64,000 nucleotides of DNA from the human T2T-CHM13v2.0 reference genome, Homo sapiens (GCA_009914755.4 CP086569.2:13696001-13760000); one strand, 5' to 3'; counted from the first letter of the stretch, positions 17,381 to 35,011 are shown. The notes: generated from the letters alone by a model not told the origin. Program-made: numbers and translations.

Positions 17381-18321
17381 TTACTTGGAATTTCTTGAGC
17401 TTCTTGGTGTTTATTTATTTCCTAAAATTTGTGACATTCTTGACAACTGTTTCGTTAGATACTCTGTTTCTTTCTCTCTTCTCTTTGAACTTCCAAAATG
17501 TGTAAGTTTGTCTGCTTGATGGTGTCCCACAGGTTCCTGGGCTGTGTTCACTTTTCTTTATTATTTTTTCTTTCTCTTACTGACTTGATAATTTTAACTG
17601 CCTTTTCTTTAGGTATGCTTTTTCCCCCCTTCTGTCTGCTCAAATCTGAATAGAAAAATGAGAAAGGAAAATGCTCTGGCCCTTTTAATCCCTGGAAAGT
17701 TGCTTCAGCAGGAGGAGGAAGCTCCTGCAAAATGGTTGGGGAATGTAACAATGACTGCCCACCTTTGTCGGGACCATCTTAATCAGAAGCGGCAATCAGT
17801 GCACAAGTCCTCCTGAGATTTGGAGGACAGGGTTCTTTCTGTCCATCCTGGCTCTTGCAGGCTGCTCCAGAAGTGTTTGCAAGGCAGCATATCACAGTGG
17901 TAGTTGATGGAGCGTAGGTGGCTGCTGTTGAGCCAAGCTATGAAATTGATCAAATTTAATTGTAGTTTACTATCCAAGTCTTCTTTTGAAAGCTGTAAAC
18001 CTTGAGATAGACTGTAGGGTTCCAAAATAATTGTATCACACAATTCTGCCAACTGCACCTATTGTCTAGTTGGAGAGACAGATTCATGGTGCTCTGTAGT
18101 TCATTGTTGCCCTCTTCCCAGAACCCTGTATCCTCTTCCTTCTAACCTCTGTGTCTTTACACCTAAAGTGAGACTTGCATAAATTTCATATAGGTGAATC
18201 CATTTTTTAAAAATGCATTTTGCCAGTCTGTGCCTTTTCACACAGAGCATACATTTCAAGTTATTACAAGCAAGTAATGGTTTACTCCGACATTTACCTA
18301 CTTATTTTCTGCCTGTTCTCT

Positions 18322-18415
18322 ATATTATTTGATCCTCATTATATACTTGATCCTCACTATATATTTGATCCTCACTATATATTTGATCCTCACTATATTA
18401 TTACTTGATGCTCAT
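18322..18415. repeat. minisatellite, about 18-19-bp unit ttgatcctcactatatat in roughly 5 copies
   Basis: A direct tandem repeat is visible across lines 18301-18420. Confidence 0.85.
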
Positions 18416-18829
18416 TTTAAAAATTTGTTTTTTAAAAAAAAATGTGCTTATTCCCTTTTCTGTATATTTTATATTTTTTATTAATTATATTTGGGACTTC
18501 AGTTAATATTCTAAACTTAAAATAGCCTACTTTGAGTAATACTAACTTGTTTGAATAATATGAAGTTTAGTTTCAACAGTATATAAATATGCTGCTTTTG
18601 TACTTTTCCATCCTTCCTAATCTATGTTATTGTCTCAGATTATATCTGTACACAGTGTCCATTAAAATGGATTTGTAATTGTTTTATGTAATAGCTGCCT
18701 ACCAGAAGTACAATAGTAATAGTTACTTTTCCCAGTTGTTATAATAGTAATAGCAGCTTTCTTTACAATGTTAATTCTTCCTGTGGCTTAAAATTACTGT
18801 CCAATGTCCTTTCATTTTAACTTGATGGC

Positions 18830-19610
18830 TTCCTTCTAGCAATCCTTGTAGAGCAGGGGTAGTAACGCATTCCGTTAGCTTTTCTGTATCTAGGCATTTT
18901 TGCTTGAAGTATTTTTGCTTGAAGTATCATTTTGCCAGATTCAGATTTCGTGTTTGATAGCTTTTTTCTATTAACATTTTGTTATCGCTTTCTGGCTTCT
19001 GTATTTTCCATGCTTTCTGAGCTGTTTGTTGTTAATCAGTACACCCTTCTACATAACAAATGGCTTCCATTCTGAGGTGTCTGTTGTCAGTCAAGACTCC
19101 CTTCTGCATGACAAATTGCTTCTCCCTTTCTGTTTTTACAGTTGTCTTGGTTCTTGACTGACTATAATTTTCTTGGTGTGGCTGGCTGTTTTTGACTATG
19201 TTCTTGTTGGAGATTTTTACCCTTCTTGAGTTTGGACATTCAGATATTTCATCAAGTTTGGGAATTTTCAGCTATTTATGTCTTCAGATATTCTTTCTGC
19301 CTCTTCTCCTTCTGCACTTATGGGACACCCATATTGCATGCATTGGTCTGCTTCATGGCGTTCTGTGTACTTGTTAGGTTTTTCCCACTTTTTCAAATTC
19401 TTCTTTTTTTCTGTTCTCACACTGGGTTATTTCAATTTTCATTTCTTCAGACTTAATCTTTACCTGCTGTTATATACTCCTTTAATGAACTGTTCATTTG
19501 CATCATTGTGCTTTTTTATCTCTAGATATTCCATATTTTCTTCTATAATTTGTCTCATTGATACTCTCGTGTTCTTTTATCATTTGTCTGCTGTTTTTTT
19601 CTTTAGGCTT
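18830..19610 (-). mobile_element. old L1 5'-region fragment (antisense, ORF1/inter-ORF-like)
   Basis: tccttgtagagcaggggtagtaac... and the following sequence resemble the antisense L1 segment cttcaggagctcttgtaaggcaggcctggtgg... seen in the terminal L1 of this window. Confidence 0.45.
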
Positions 19611-19612
19611 AA

Positions 19613-19615
<3 letters not shown>

Positions 19616-19661
<46 letters not shown>

Positions 19662-19940
19662 AGACAGAGTCTCTCTCTGTCACCCAGGCTGGAGTGCAAG
19701 GGCGCGGTCTCTGCTCACTGCAAGCTATTCCTCCCGTGTTCAAGCGATTCTCCTGCCTCAGCCTCTTGAGTAGGTGGGATTACAGGCATACACCACCACG
19801 CCTTGCTAATTTTTGTATTTTTTGTAGAGACGGGGTTTCACTGTGTTACCCAGGATGGTCTCGATCTCCTGACCTCGTGATCCACCTGCTTCGGCCTACC
19901 AAACTGCTGGGATTATAGGCATGAGCCACCATGCCCAGCC
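19616..19940 (-). mobile_element. Alu SINE (antisense) with a 45-nt poly-T
   Basis: A poly-T at 19616-19660 is followed by the antisense Alu, ending ...gagccaccatgcccagcc. Confidence 0.9.
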
Positions 19941-21729
19941 AAAACTTTGGTTTTTTTATAGTCTTTGTGTATAAAGTTCAGGACATTTTCAGTTTCTGTT
20001 TTTCACTTCACATTGGTCATATTTTCCTGTTTGTTTTTGTGTGTTTTGTTGTTTTTTTGTAGAAAACTATATTTGAAATGTTGCAGTGTGTTAACTCTGG
20101 AAGTCTTCATTTCTCCAAGGTGTCCTCTTAGTTATTGAAGGCTTAGCTTGCATTGCAACAGTGTTTTAATTGAGTGTAATATAAAAACTATCAGTTTTTA
20201 CAACTGGATCTGTATTAACACACCCCTTTAATACTTAGGGAGACTGTTTACAATTCTGCCTCAGCCTTCAGTTTTTTCTCACATTGAAGCTATAGTTAAG
20301 CCTGAGGGCTAACACTTAGAGTTTTACATGTTTTTTGAGAATGTTTCCTGTCATGAGCATGTGCATGATTTTCTAAATTCTTTAGTATATTTAACTGCTT
20401 TCAAATATTCTGATTTCTCCAAAAGAAAGATCTCTCCAGCTTTTGCCCTCTTTTTCAGGTTGTCTGTTTTATGGGTTAATCATATACTTTGCTCCCAGCA
20501 ACTTAAATATTTGTGACTAATGCCTGGCATTTTCAACCATGAGTGAGTTCTGAGTTAGGCAAAACAGAGATATGTGTGTTTCACCAATTCTTTATGTAAC
20601 TCCTAGACAGACTAGAAATAAAACACAATAAATTAGCACCTAAGGTCTTCTTTACTCCTTCTAGAATCAGGGGTCAGGGCCTCACATTGAGAATGTGGAT
20701 TGCATTTTCGAAGGCTTCAGCTGTGCCTGGGAGGTGGTATGGTAACACCACAAGACTTTCCTACCATTTTAAAAATTATCTCTCTTGGCTCAGTGTTTGC
20801 TTGGTTGATATAAATTGTTGATTTCCAGGGTCCTGTCAGTTTTGGGTTGATGTGCTGTTTCTTTGGAGGGTTTGAAAGTGTCTGTCCTGTAGCTTTGCTT
20901 TCAGTTTAATTTATGAAGCACTGATTGTTTTCCGATCTCAGAGTTCATTTTTATTTAGGAGATTTACACTTTTGTGCCTTAAAAATTTTCCTTAAAATAA
21001 TTAAGTAGTATATTAACCTCCTAATTTGGGTTCCTAGATGTTAGGTTTTTGTTTTAGTGGATATGGTATGAAACTTTTTCTTTGCTTTGTTTTTAAGTAA
21101 GATTATCGATTCCATATAAAATGCATGAGGCAGGATTTGTTTGTTATAAAGTACAGTTTGGTTTTATATAGGAGAGTCACAAAATACTTCGTTGCCAGGG
21201 TGACTTTCAAGTAAATGTCTAAATGAACAAACAAGGGAATAATCATGTAAGTATGCAGCAGGATCAACAAGTATGAAGATCCCTGGCATAAGCCTACTTA
21301 GCTTGTTAGAAAAATAGCAAGGTCGGTGTGGCTGAGGCAGGATGAAAAAGGAGAACAATTATAGATGAAGAGCTCGTAGAGATAACGGACAGTCCATGTG
21401 ATAGCTTTATATAGGTCATGTTTTATATAGGTCAATAGATATTACTTTAGATTTTACTCTAAGCCTGGTTCATAACTGGAAGTGGGATTGGTAAGGTTGT
21501 TACTGGCATCTAGTGGTGAGAGGCTGGAAGTCTGCTAAATATCCTTAAATCTAGAGTCTCAGACACCTTTAGGAATTTAACACAGTTGGACTGTCTCTCC
21601 AGAAAATTGTGAAGAAAAGGCATACATGTGGAATTCTTTGATACTATAGTTTGAAGATTTCTGAGCCCAACCTGTGGGTTTCATAAATAGGAGGGACTTT
21701 TATAAGCCCTTGAAAAGTTCAGTTGATTA

Positions 21730-21795
21730 AAGTTTGAGTGGGGTGGAGGAGAGAGAGAGAGAGGGGAGAGAGAAGAGAAGACAGAAGAGAGAGAG
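21730..21795. repeat. (GA)n-rich purine simple repeat
   Basis: ggggtggaggagagagagagagaggggagagagaagagaagacagaagagagagagaaaaagag. Confidence 0.85.
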
Positions 21796-22457
21796 AAAAA
21801 GAGATTCTGGGTTTGTCTTCCAAAATTAATGACTCAGTAAGTATGGAATGGAATCTGAGGATCTGTATGTCTTCGAGGTTCTCAAATGATGTTAATGCTG
21901 TTGGTCTGATAATCACGTTTGAGAATCATTGATACAATCAGACATATCTTTAGCCATGTTGCATTTCCATGAGTTGCTTGCTCCAATGCACGGTTCATTG
22001 AAAGTGATTCTGGGGAGGCTAAAAAAGATATACAGAAGCTTAATTCATAGCACCTTTGTATAGTATCTAGAGGGTGTTTCCAGGCATTTCCGAGAGAGGT
22101 TGTTAAAAATATGTCCTGCAAAATAAGAGGCTTATATTTTATTGATTGATGCTTACCTTTGACATGATCCACCCCGACCCCTGATTCACAGTAAATATTA
22201 GAAGATCTAAGAAATCATACATTAACAAACTTGAACAATAAATAGTAAGTAGTAATATTCCTAGCCTACTAGGTAACAATTTGAGGATTAGCTCCCTGAC
22301 AAGTATTTTAAACTCATTCATTCTGTGTTGCTAGCCAAATGCTAAAATGGGGGTTACCTTGTATTTTACTATTGATGTATATACCTCCTATTAAAGATAG
22401 ATCAGTGTTGGAATTATTTTGTTGTTGTTCATAAGATACATTTTGTTTTTATTTCAG

Positions 22458-22566
22458 AACTGTTCGTCAGTTGGCACAGGAGCAGTTCTTTTTAATGTGC
22501 ACCAGATGTTGCATGGGACACAGGCCTCTGCTTTTCTTCATTACTTTACTCTTTACCATACTGGGG
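22458..22566 (+). CDS. USP9Y: USP9Y coding exon (K)[36 protein letters not shown]
   Basis: Acceptor atttcag|A (AG at 22456-22457) and donor GGG|gtgaga (GT at 22567-22568). It completes the split Lys codon. The upstream intron is about 17 kb, with no missing residues relative to the USP9 family protein. Confidence 0.85.
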
Positions 22567-22950
22567 GTGAGAAGTTTTCAAATGAACTTATCAATATAAT
22601 GCATTCTTAACATGAGAGACATTCAGAAAGTTACTACGATAGCTTTTATTGTATTTAGAACAGGCATAATTAATAAATGCAGTATTATAATTTTTTACTA
22701 TTTGTAGATTGGCTTTTTGTTTTTTTACAGTTCTTGGGAAAAATACACTACGTCTTGGAAAAATATATAGTAGGTCTATAGATGTACTATATATTTATTT
22801 TATGTATATAGTACGTCTGTAGGAAAAATATAGTACATCTTTGTCATTGATATGAAATATTGCCAATTTTAATTTTTCTGGGTTTAAAAAAATTATATGG
22901 ACTCTGAGTGTAGACTTGTGAATTCATGTTGTTTTAATTTAATATTTCAG

Positions 22951-23097
22951 AGCACAGCAAGAGAGAAGGGTAAATATTCAGGTGATTATTTCACACTTTT
23001 ACGGCACCTTCTCAATTATGCTTACAATGGCAATATTAACATACCCAATGCTGAAGTTCTTCTTGTCAGTGAAATTGATTGGCTCAAAAGGATTAGG
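22951..23097 (+). CDS. USP9Y: USP9Y coding exon [49 protein letters not shown]
   Basis: Acceptor aatatttcag|AGC and donor AGG|gtaagt. 49 codons, phase 0 to 0. Confidence 0.88.
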
Positions 23098-23883
23098 GTA
23101 AGTTGAATAGTATTTAGTTTATTATGTCATGACCAAATCAGCTGTCTTATTAAAAGGAGGTTTGTAGTCTTTTATTTAGTCTCTATTTTTATTTGACAAC
23201 TTAGGAGAATAAATTCTCAAAATGCCTCTGAGAATAAATACAAACAAAATGTGTACTTTTCACTAGTGAATTGGTAACTTAGATTCATAGAAACAAACAT
23301 AGCTAGTTTTGTTCAATGTGTTTTACTTTTCTTGAAACTTGGAATGCTGATAATTCTGTTTCTTTCACTTTGGTGCTTCTTGGCCTTTTTTGGGGAAATT
23401 ATCACATTTGAAGACTTTTTAAAAAATCGAATTTGAGAGATTCGTATTTACATTGAACCATCTGATATCTTACTTCACAAAGTTCTATGAGAGTATATTT
23501 CTAAAGTGTATGGCTTTGGGCTTCAGGTTAGCTGCTTCTAGTAGATTATAAAGCTTACTTACGGAGCACGGTTTTTGAACCCTGGTATTGACGTTGTGTA
23601 CCCAGATAATTCCTTTTGGGGAGGAGCTTTGCTGTGCATTGTAGGATGTTAAGCAGCATTTCGGGCCTCTTCCACTCAGTGCTGTAGTAACCTCCTTTCC
23701 TCGTGGTTGTAAATCCCAAATATGTTTGTGTAAGCAAAATTGCTTGCATTTACTGTTCTAGAGAGTTCTCAAAAAGAAATAGGAAACCACTTGAACAGTT
23801 TGGGGAAGTTGTATAGAAGATCTCATTTCCTTCCAGCTCTCTGTTCTCCTAACTCCTTGTCCTTTTCTATCTCCATGTTGTGA

Positions 23884-24385
<502 letters not shown>

Positions 24386-25108
24386 TCTTTAAGGTAAGTT
24401 CTGAATTTTGTTACTGAACTTCTTATCATGACCTCATAAATGTTAGCAAATCTGTCTGATTGACCTCTGTATAATGTCTTTGAGACATAATCTTGATATT
24501 TTTTCTTTTTTCTTGTCCCACTTCTCTTTTAAAAAGGATCTCTGAAGAGGTTACAGTAACTTTAAAACGTGTGCCTCACTTTAAGAGATTTTGTAAAGTA
24601 ATTACAAATCAGAGTTACAATAAAGTGGTATGAAAAGTCAGTAAGCAGCATTGAGGTGATTTTCATGTTGAATAAATCTCAATTTTTCTTGACTAGATTT
24701 CTAAATGAGAGAAATTTCTGTCTTGCAAAACTTCATTTTTTATACACTATTTCTTGGTGAGCTTCTTTATATGTCATGCAATTCAAGAAAAAGAATATAA
24801 CTTTGATGCATTCTGTTCCTGTTTGAAATGAATTTGTTTCTGTTTATATCTGATTAAAGAAATAAATTTATTTAGAATGTCACTTTTCTTTGGTATAAAA
24901 TTGTTTAAATCACTTCAAAAAATCTAATCTGGAAAACTGATTACATTTATTAATTGTACTCGGGTTTTTTTGTGGGGTTTTGTTTTGAGATATAATGAGA
25001 TATTTAATTATGTCAGATAATTACTAAAGTATTCCCTTTGAAGAAACATATTGTTCCTAACCTATATTTTCTACTAATAACATGTAATGTCTTTTTCTAA
25101 CTTACTAG

Positions 25109-25331
25109 GAATTAATTGATGATTTCATCTTTCCCGCATCCAAAGTTTACCTGCAGTATTTAAGAAGTGGAGAACTACCAGCTGAGCAGGCTATTCCAGT
25201 CTGTAGTTCACCCGTTACCATCAATGCCGGTTTTGAGCTACTTGTAGCATTAGCTATTGGCTGTGTGAGGAATCTCAAACAGATAGTAGACTGTTTGACT
25301 GAAATGTATTACATGGGCACAGCAATTACTA
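25109..25331 (+). CDS. USP9Y: USP9Y coding exon [74 protein letters not shown]
   Basis: Acceptor cttactag|GAA and donor ACT A|gtgagt. 74 codons plus 1 nt (ends phase 1). It continues correctly into the next exon as ...TAIT T CEAL... Confidence 0.86.
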
Positions 25332-26099
25332 GTGAGTATTTTAAATTATAAAGCTGTTTTGTTCATTAATAATACTTCACTGTAAAATTTTATTTGGTGT
25401 TTTAGAAAAAATTAACTTGTGATGGACTTTTTTTGATCCAATGAGTTTAACATTTTTTAGCTGTCAGTTATACAATTAAAACCACTTTAGTCAGAGAACA
25501 TTAATTCAGAAAAATTTTTAGCTGTGTCTTTTAAATGCTCCTTATAGTTTGTTTAGATGAGTTTTATTTAATCATATGTGAAATAAAACCAAAACTTCAG
25601 AGTAACAGGAAGGCAAATTTAATGCCATAAAAAGTTTATATTTAAAATGTATGTATTGAAAAGATTTTCATAATCCTAACACTGAAGTTGCTTAATGTTA
25701 TTTTAGTTGAATTCTAAGGAAGGTATGGTTTTAAAGATCACAGTGTGAGAAGAGAATATTTGAGTGTATTTTACTAAGTTCTAAATGCCTACATCAGTCC
25801 CACAAAGTGAGTACCTATGTTCAGATCTTACATAGAACTGAAACTCAGAGTGGGAGGTGGTATAAGTAAAATAACAGATAATAATATAAAATTTAGTTCA
25901 TTTCAAGGAAAAACCCAAGGCTTAAAAATATAATTAATAACAGCATTCATTATAAATCTTTAATAAATATGAATTTATCTTTGCTTATGTCTTTCTCTGG
26001 GTGAGGACGTTTTCAATCACATTGTAGGAGTTTCTAGCTAAACTCCCTGCTTAGAAGGTCAGATGTTTTTTTGTCGCTTTGAATCTGCATAGAGAGAAG

Positions 26100-26392
<293 letters not shown>

Positions 26393-26488
26393 TTACATGT
26401 GTGAGTCACTCTTTTTTAAAAAGTTTCTTTTTTAAAAACGCTTCTTTTGTTAATTTATTTAGCTAATGTATTTATGTGGTAAGTGTAG

Positions 26489-26904
<416 letters not shown>

Positions 26905-27395
26905 TTAACAGTTATTAACTTCCTACAGGTTTTATGTTTCCAGTCCAGAGATTATCTCTGTCTATGCATTTATATGTATGTATAGCTATTCGTTTTGTAC
27001 AAATGAGAATGTACAAAATACAATATTGTTAATTTTGTTTTGTACTTTGTGACACACCTGTCAGCACATGAAGGTCTGTATAATTCTGTTTTTTAGCTAC
27101 ATAACTTGCAGTTCAATGTGCTCCAGTTTATGTAATTCATCTCTGATGGTGATTGATGTTTAAGTTGTTTTGGTTTTATGCAAGTAAGAGAGGGATTTAT
27201 AGTTCTCACAGTGATTTGAAATACACCATCCCATTGACTTTATCTCACAATAAAACTGGATATTGGTAAAGCAATTATCACTATTTACTAAGGAAGGAAA
27301 CAGATATTTACGTGAAGGTTATACTTTTTTAAGAATCAGAACCACGACTTGACAAAGTCAAGTTTGTAATGTATACATACTTTCATTATAAATAA

Positions 27396-27803
<408 letters not shown>

Positions 27804-27885
27804 TAGAAGTTTTTAATTAGTAAAATAATAATGGTTAACACTAAGCCTGTGTTTAACACATGGAAATTTAATGCTATACCATCTT

Positions 27886-28154
27886 GTTTTTTTGAGACAG
27901 AGTCTGTCTCTGTCGCCCAGGCTGGAGTCACTGCAACCTTTGTCTCATGGGTTCAAGCGATTCTCCTGACTCAGCCTCCCAAGTAGCTGGAATGACAGGC
28001 ACATGCCACCGTGTTCAGCTAACTTTTGTATTTTCACTAGAGACAGGGTTTCACCATGTTGGTCAGGCTGGTCTTGAACTCCTGAACTCAGGTGATCTGC
28101 CTGCCTTGGCTTCCCAAACTGCTGGGATGACAGGCATGAGGCACGGCACTGGCC
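27886..28154 (-). mobile_element. Alu SINE (antisense, internally deleted), 248 bp upstream of the Cys-box exon
   Basis: A poly-T is followed by the antisense Alu with a deletion in the middle. Confidence 0.85.
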
Positions 28155-28402
28155 AATATTACATCATCTTATATGACTCTTAAAACTGTTACAGAAGCAG
28201 TATCATTAAAAACATCAACTTAACAAGGTCTGTAGTTAAAATCTGTATGGTGGCTTATGTTGTTGGTGTCAAAATTTAAAGTACTGTTTCAAAGTGGCTG
28301 TGGTGGTGAAGGAGGTGTTGCTATTATTAATTTGTTAGCCTGAAAATGGTGAACAGAATCACTGTTTTCATAGTATAAGCATCTTTTCTCTTTTCAACTC
28401 AG

Positions 28403-28623
28403 CTTGTGAAGCACTTACTGAGTGGGAATATCTGCCCCCTGTTGGACCCCGCCCACCAAAAGGATTTGTGGGACTCAAAAATGCTGGTGCTACGTGTTAC
28501 ATGAACTCTGTGATCCAGCAGCTATACATGATTCCTTCTATCAGGAACAGTATTCTTGCAATTGAAGGCACAGGTAGTGATTTACACGATGATATGTTCG
28601 GGGATGAGAAGCAGGACAGTGAG
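28403..28623 (+). CDS. USP9Y: USP9Y coding exon with the USP Cys box: (T)[73 protein letters not shown]
   Basis: Acceptor ttcaactcag|CT and donor GAG|gtaaat (GT at 28624-28625). The catalytic Cys codon TGT at 28495-28497 lies within [16 protein letters not shown], the canonical USP Cys-box motif. Confidence 0.9.
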
Positions 28624-29256
28624 GTAAATTTTAATACTGTTTTCTTTGAAGAGTCTGATAGCAGATGCTGTTGTTCTCCCTCAGATTACTATACTTTCAT
28701 GGGATGTTATGGGGACTACATTTTGATGATACAGACAGAATCTCTGAGATACTATGTCTGGCATACTTGTAGTACTCACTATGTAATAGACTTAAAACTC
28801 CAGTTGATAATTAAACACTGTTTTTTTGTTTGTCTCCAAAGCACAGTTAATATAATCGCATTTTGTGTGACATGGTAAATGTAATTTGGTATTTGAAAAA
28901 TGATGAATCTATTTATTTTTAATAATTACATTTTCATTGCCTTGTTTTTTAAAATCTGTTATTTCATTTCTTTCACTTTTTATATTGTCTGTGTTTCATA
29001 AGCTGTACTTATTTTTAGGATTCTCTATTTTTCTCAAATTAGAGCTCTTTCTGCTAAGGAAACAAATTTGTTTCTCAGCTAATGCTTCACGGACCTGTTA
29101 ACAATATTAGTTAACAGTTGCAGTCAGGCTGCCTATGAAATGTATCCAGTTGAAAATAAAGCAGTAAAAAAGTTAGGTTTTAGTGGCAGATCACATATTT
29201 AAGATGCAGGTCTTAAATACATGTATATGGAAAATTTGAAGTTTTGGTCATATTTT

Positions 29257-29551
29257 GGCTGGGCATGTGGCTCACGCCTATAATCCCAGCACTTTGGGAG
29301 GTCAAGGCGGGCAGATCACCTGAGGTGGGGAGTTTGAGACCACCCTGACCAACATAGCGAAACCCCGATTTTACTAAAAACACAAAAATTAGCCAGGCGT
29401 GGTGGCACATGCCTGTAATCCCAGCTACTCAGGAGGCTGAGGCCAGAGAATCACTTGAACTCAGGAGGCAGAAGTTGCAGTGAGCTGAGATTGTGCCACT
29501 GTACTGCAGCCTGGGTGACAGAGTGAGACTCCATCTGAAAAGAAAAAAAAA
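29257..29551 (+). mobile_element. Alu SINE
   Basis: Begins ggctgggcatgtggctcacgcctataatcccagc and ends ...gagactccatctgaaaagaaaaaaaaa. Confidence 0.9.
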
Positions 29552-30698
29552 TTTCGGTCATGTTTATACTTAGACTGTTTATCTTTTACTTTTTTGCATA
29601 TATGTTGATAGGAACTAAATGCAGAAACAAAAATTGTAACTGCAGGAAATGGTTCTCCAATTTCTACATATCTTCCCTTCAGTGATCAGAAATAGTTTGA
29701 GTTTCAGATTGTAGTGTATCATTTATGGAGATTACAAACACTTGCTGCCGCCTTTCAAGATCTAATAAATCACACCATCCAGGCATTCCTATCTGGGTAA
29801 CTATACTTACAGTAGAATCTCCATGTGGGTTGTTGACCAATACCAGGTTAAGAGCCACTACTGAAAGGAAATTGGAAATTAAGTCCTACTTTTATAGCCC
29901 ATGTTACCCATAGGGTGTTGAATTTAAAACAGATAGGGATGGCAAATCATACTGACAAGAAGTAAGTGAGGCCAACAGAACATAAACTTTCAGATTAGGT
30001 CACCCACCTTTGTGCTTGGTTGCTTGTGCTTTATGTTGTCTCAGCACTGTACTATGGCATGCATGTGTCTGCCTACTTTTTCTATGCAATGAGCTTCTCC
30101 AGGGCAGGAACTGGGTATTATTTATTTCTGTATCACAAATACCAGATACAGAGCAAAGCATATAGAAACATGTTAGATATTTGTAAAGTAGCTGTATTTT
30201 GCTCTGTAGCTACAATGAGATTATGACCTATGGAGCTTCTGTATATGCTCCCGTACCTTCCACAGCTACTCTTAATAACTTTATTTATTGTTAATAATTG
30301 TGATAACATTATGTAAATTACTTCATGAATCTGGAAAATGCATTATGCTCACAAGAAAATACTGAGTCCTAGGAAGACCAAGTAACTTATTCCCCTGAAG
30401 TTACTTACGGCAGAGCACTCATTTGTCTTTACTGCTGTATACTTGACCAAACTTTACTATATTACACTACCTCTAATGTATTTTTTTAACTATTCTTTTA
30501 TGATAACTTATCTGTGAAATCTTTTATCATAACCCATCTGTGAAATGAGCACTAATATTAAAAATTAAGTGCTTTGGAAGTAAGAAATATAAAAAAGTGC
30601 ATAACATTTCATTTACTAACTTCTGGTATTTGTTTCAGCTTCTTTCGTTATACTGTTAAAGTTAGATTAGCTCATCAATAATGTCTTTTGGTCTCTAG

Positions 30699-30889
30699 AG
30701 TAATGTTGATCCCCGAGATGATGTATTTGGATATCCTCATCAATTTGAAGACAAGCCAGCATTAAGTAAGACAGAAGATAGGAAAGAGTATAATATTGGT
30801 GTCCTAAGACACCTTCAGGTCATCTTTGGTCATTTAGCTGCTTCCCAACTACAATACTATGTACCCAGAGGATTTTGGAAACAGTTCAG
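30699..30889 (+). CDS. USP9Y: USP9Y coding exon [63 protein letters not shown] plus AG
   Basis: Acceptor ggtctctag|AGT (AG at 30697-30698) and donor TTCAG|gtaaat (GT at 30890-30891). The exon ends in phase 2; AG plus G of the next exon gives Arg. Confidence 0.87.
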
Positions 30890-31176
30890 GTAAATTATGG
30901 GTGGGTGATCATTTAAGTTTCATAAAAACCTCAATACAGTAAACTTCTAAAATGTAGCTTAGAATACATAATTAGTTTTATATTTAATATTTAAACTGTA
31001 CTAATATTCTAATTATCCTTCTTGGTCATAGTTTTGTTTTATTTTCCCAATAGAATGTTTTATTATCCCAATAGAAAGAAGTAAAATTTGTCACAGTAAA
31101 GAAAGGCACTGTGTTCTTTAATCTCTTAAGATGTAATTTACTTCTTCATTTTGGAAGACATCAATTATATAAAAGC

Positions 31177-31546
<370 letters not shown>

Positions 31547-31732
31547 TTATCTATATAGATTTTTTTATATATCCCTAACATTTTTCTTTAAGAAGATGAT
31601 CATGGTACATTATCACATATAATAAAAATTACTTTATAATCTTGGGAAACATGGCAAAACTTTGTCTCTACAAAAAAATGCAAAAATTAAGCATGGTAAT
31701 ATGAACCTGTAGTCTCAGCTCCTTTAGTGAGT

Positions 31733-31890
31733 GGAATATCATTTCATTCACTAACTTTTGTTCTTAGTTTCTTTCAACTTCTTTCATTATAAGTTAGATT
31801 AGTGCATTAATGATATCTTTTGGTCTCTGGAGCAGTGTTGATCCCTGAGGTGATGTATCATAATCACCTTGAAGACCAGCATTACTCATA
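31733..31890 (+). repeat. degenerate duplicate of the exon at 30699 (5' part) plus its upstream intron (pseudo-exon)
   Basis: It aligns to 30604-30760 at roughly 80% identity: catttcatttactaact...gttagattag(c/t)...ttttggtctct(a/g)gag(taa/cag)tgttgatccc(c/t)gag(a/g)tgatgtat.... The acceptor AG is mutated to GG and the frame is disrupted. Confidence 0.7.
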
Positions 31891-32130
31891 AAGAAATGAA
31901 CATTTTCACCACTAGAAAGGAAGTCCCCCTTCCTAGTCTGGCAACAAAAAATATATGTGTATTATTATATATCTTTATATACTGTATATATTATATATAA
32001 TTATAACTTTATATTTTTATATATATAGGTATATTTTTCTTTACAAATTTGTAAAGTGATGATTCCCTAACATCCTCCAAAAGTGACCAATAAAATTTGG
32101 CCTCTTTTTAGGTTTGGAAAACCTCAATTA

Positions 32131-32400
32131 GGCCAGCTGCAGTGGCTCACACTAGTAGCCCCATCACTTTGGGAGGCCAAGGCAAACAGATCACTTGAGC
32201 CCATGAGTTCAAGACCACCCTGGGCAACATGGCAATACCCCATCTCTACTAAAAATGCAAAAACTTAGCTGGGCGTGGTGGCCTGTGCCAGTAGTCCCAG
32301 CTACCTGGGACGCTGAGGCAGGAGGATCACCTCAACCGTAATGGAGCCACTGGCCTCCAGCCTCAGCAACAGAGGGAGACCCTATCTCAAAAAAAAAAAC
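32131..32400 (+). mobile_element. Alu SINE
   Basis: Begins ggccagctgcagtggctcacactagtagcc and ends with a poly-A. Confidence 0.88.
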
Positions 32401-33599
32401 AAAGAAAGAGCTCAGTTACATCTTGAACTTGTCTTTTTTGTTTGTTTGTTTCACCTATTTTATCAAGGCCTACTTTGTGTTATACATGCTACTAAACACT
32501 GTAGCACAACTTTTTACTATATACTGTAATACATGCTCTTCCTAATGTGTAGAAAAATGCTGCTGCCCCTCATAAGAATTTAGAGTTCTTTCAACAAGAT
32601 ACTTCCTTGATAGCTCAGAGATAGGAAAGGAAAGGGCTCTTCTGATTTCTGAGCTGCTTTTTCTGTTGCACTTATGGCAGCCACCCTTATATGTATTAGC
32701 ATATCACTTTGATTCCTTTTGAAAGTCACAAACTTACAGTACACTGACTCCCCATTATATCTCTCAGTATAAATTTCTGTATTCTGTAGCTGAGCTGTAA
32801 GCCTAGATTATAAGTACGATATGCATATATAATTCTTCTTTTCCTCTTTCAGTTATGTAACTTCACACGTGCCTTGCTCCCCTTTTTACCTGTTTCAACT
32901 GTTTTTTTCTTTCCCTAGCGTATGCTTTCTTTACCTCGACTTTTTTCTGCAATCTAGTCAACAATTCTGTTCCTGTTCTTCCAATTTACTATAACACTTT
33001 TAGATTTGTCTTCAAATCTTTCACTTAATAATATATGTGTGATAACTGAATACACAGTTACATAATTATATACATTATAGAGGAATTTCATACACACATA
33101 TATAGATATATATCGTTTTGCTTCTTTATAATCTGTATTTAAATGTATTAAGCTATAATGTGTTTGTACTTAAATATGTATGTTTTTGTCCTCTCAGTGA
33201 TTCTCTCCAAATAAGTGTGGAGCTCACAATTTGTCCTAAAACATTTGTGTTACACAAACTGTAGACACATATGTTCCTATTACATTTTTTTCTTTTGTGG
33301 TAAAGTTCTCATAAAATTCAACATTTTAACCATTTAATAGTGTACAATTCAGTGCTTTTTGGTACATTCAGAATTTTTGTGAAAATATCACTACCATTTG
33401 GTTCCAGGACATTTTCCTCACCAAAAAAAGAGGTTCCCTGCTCATTAAAGAATCATTCAGCCCACTTTTCTCTTCTTCCTACCCCGACAACAAAAAATTA
33501 CTTTTCTCTCTATATAGGTTTGCATATTTTTGATATTTCTTGTAATTTAATCACAGCATATATGGCCTTTCTGTCTAGCTTCTAATGTTAAATATGGTG

Positions 33600-35011
<1,412 letters not shown>
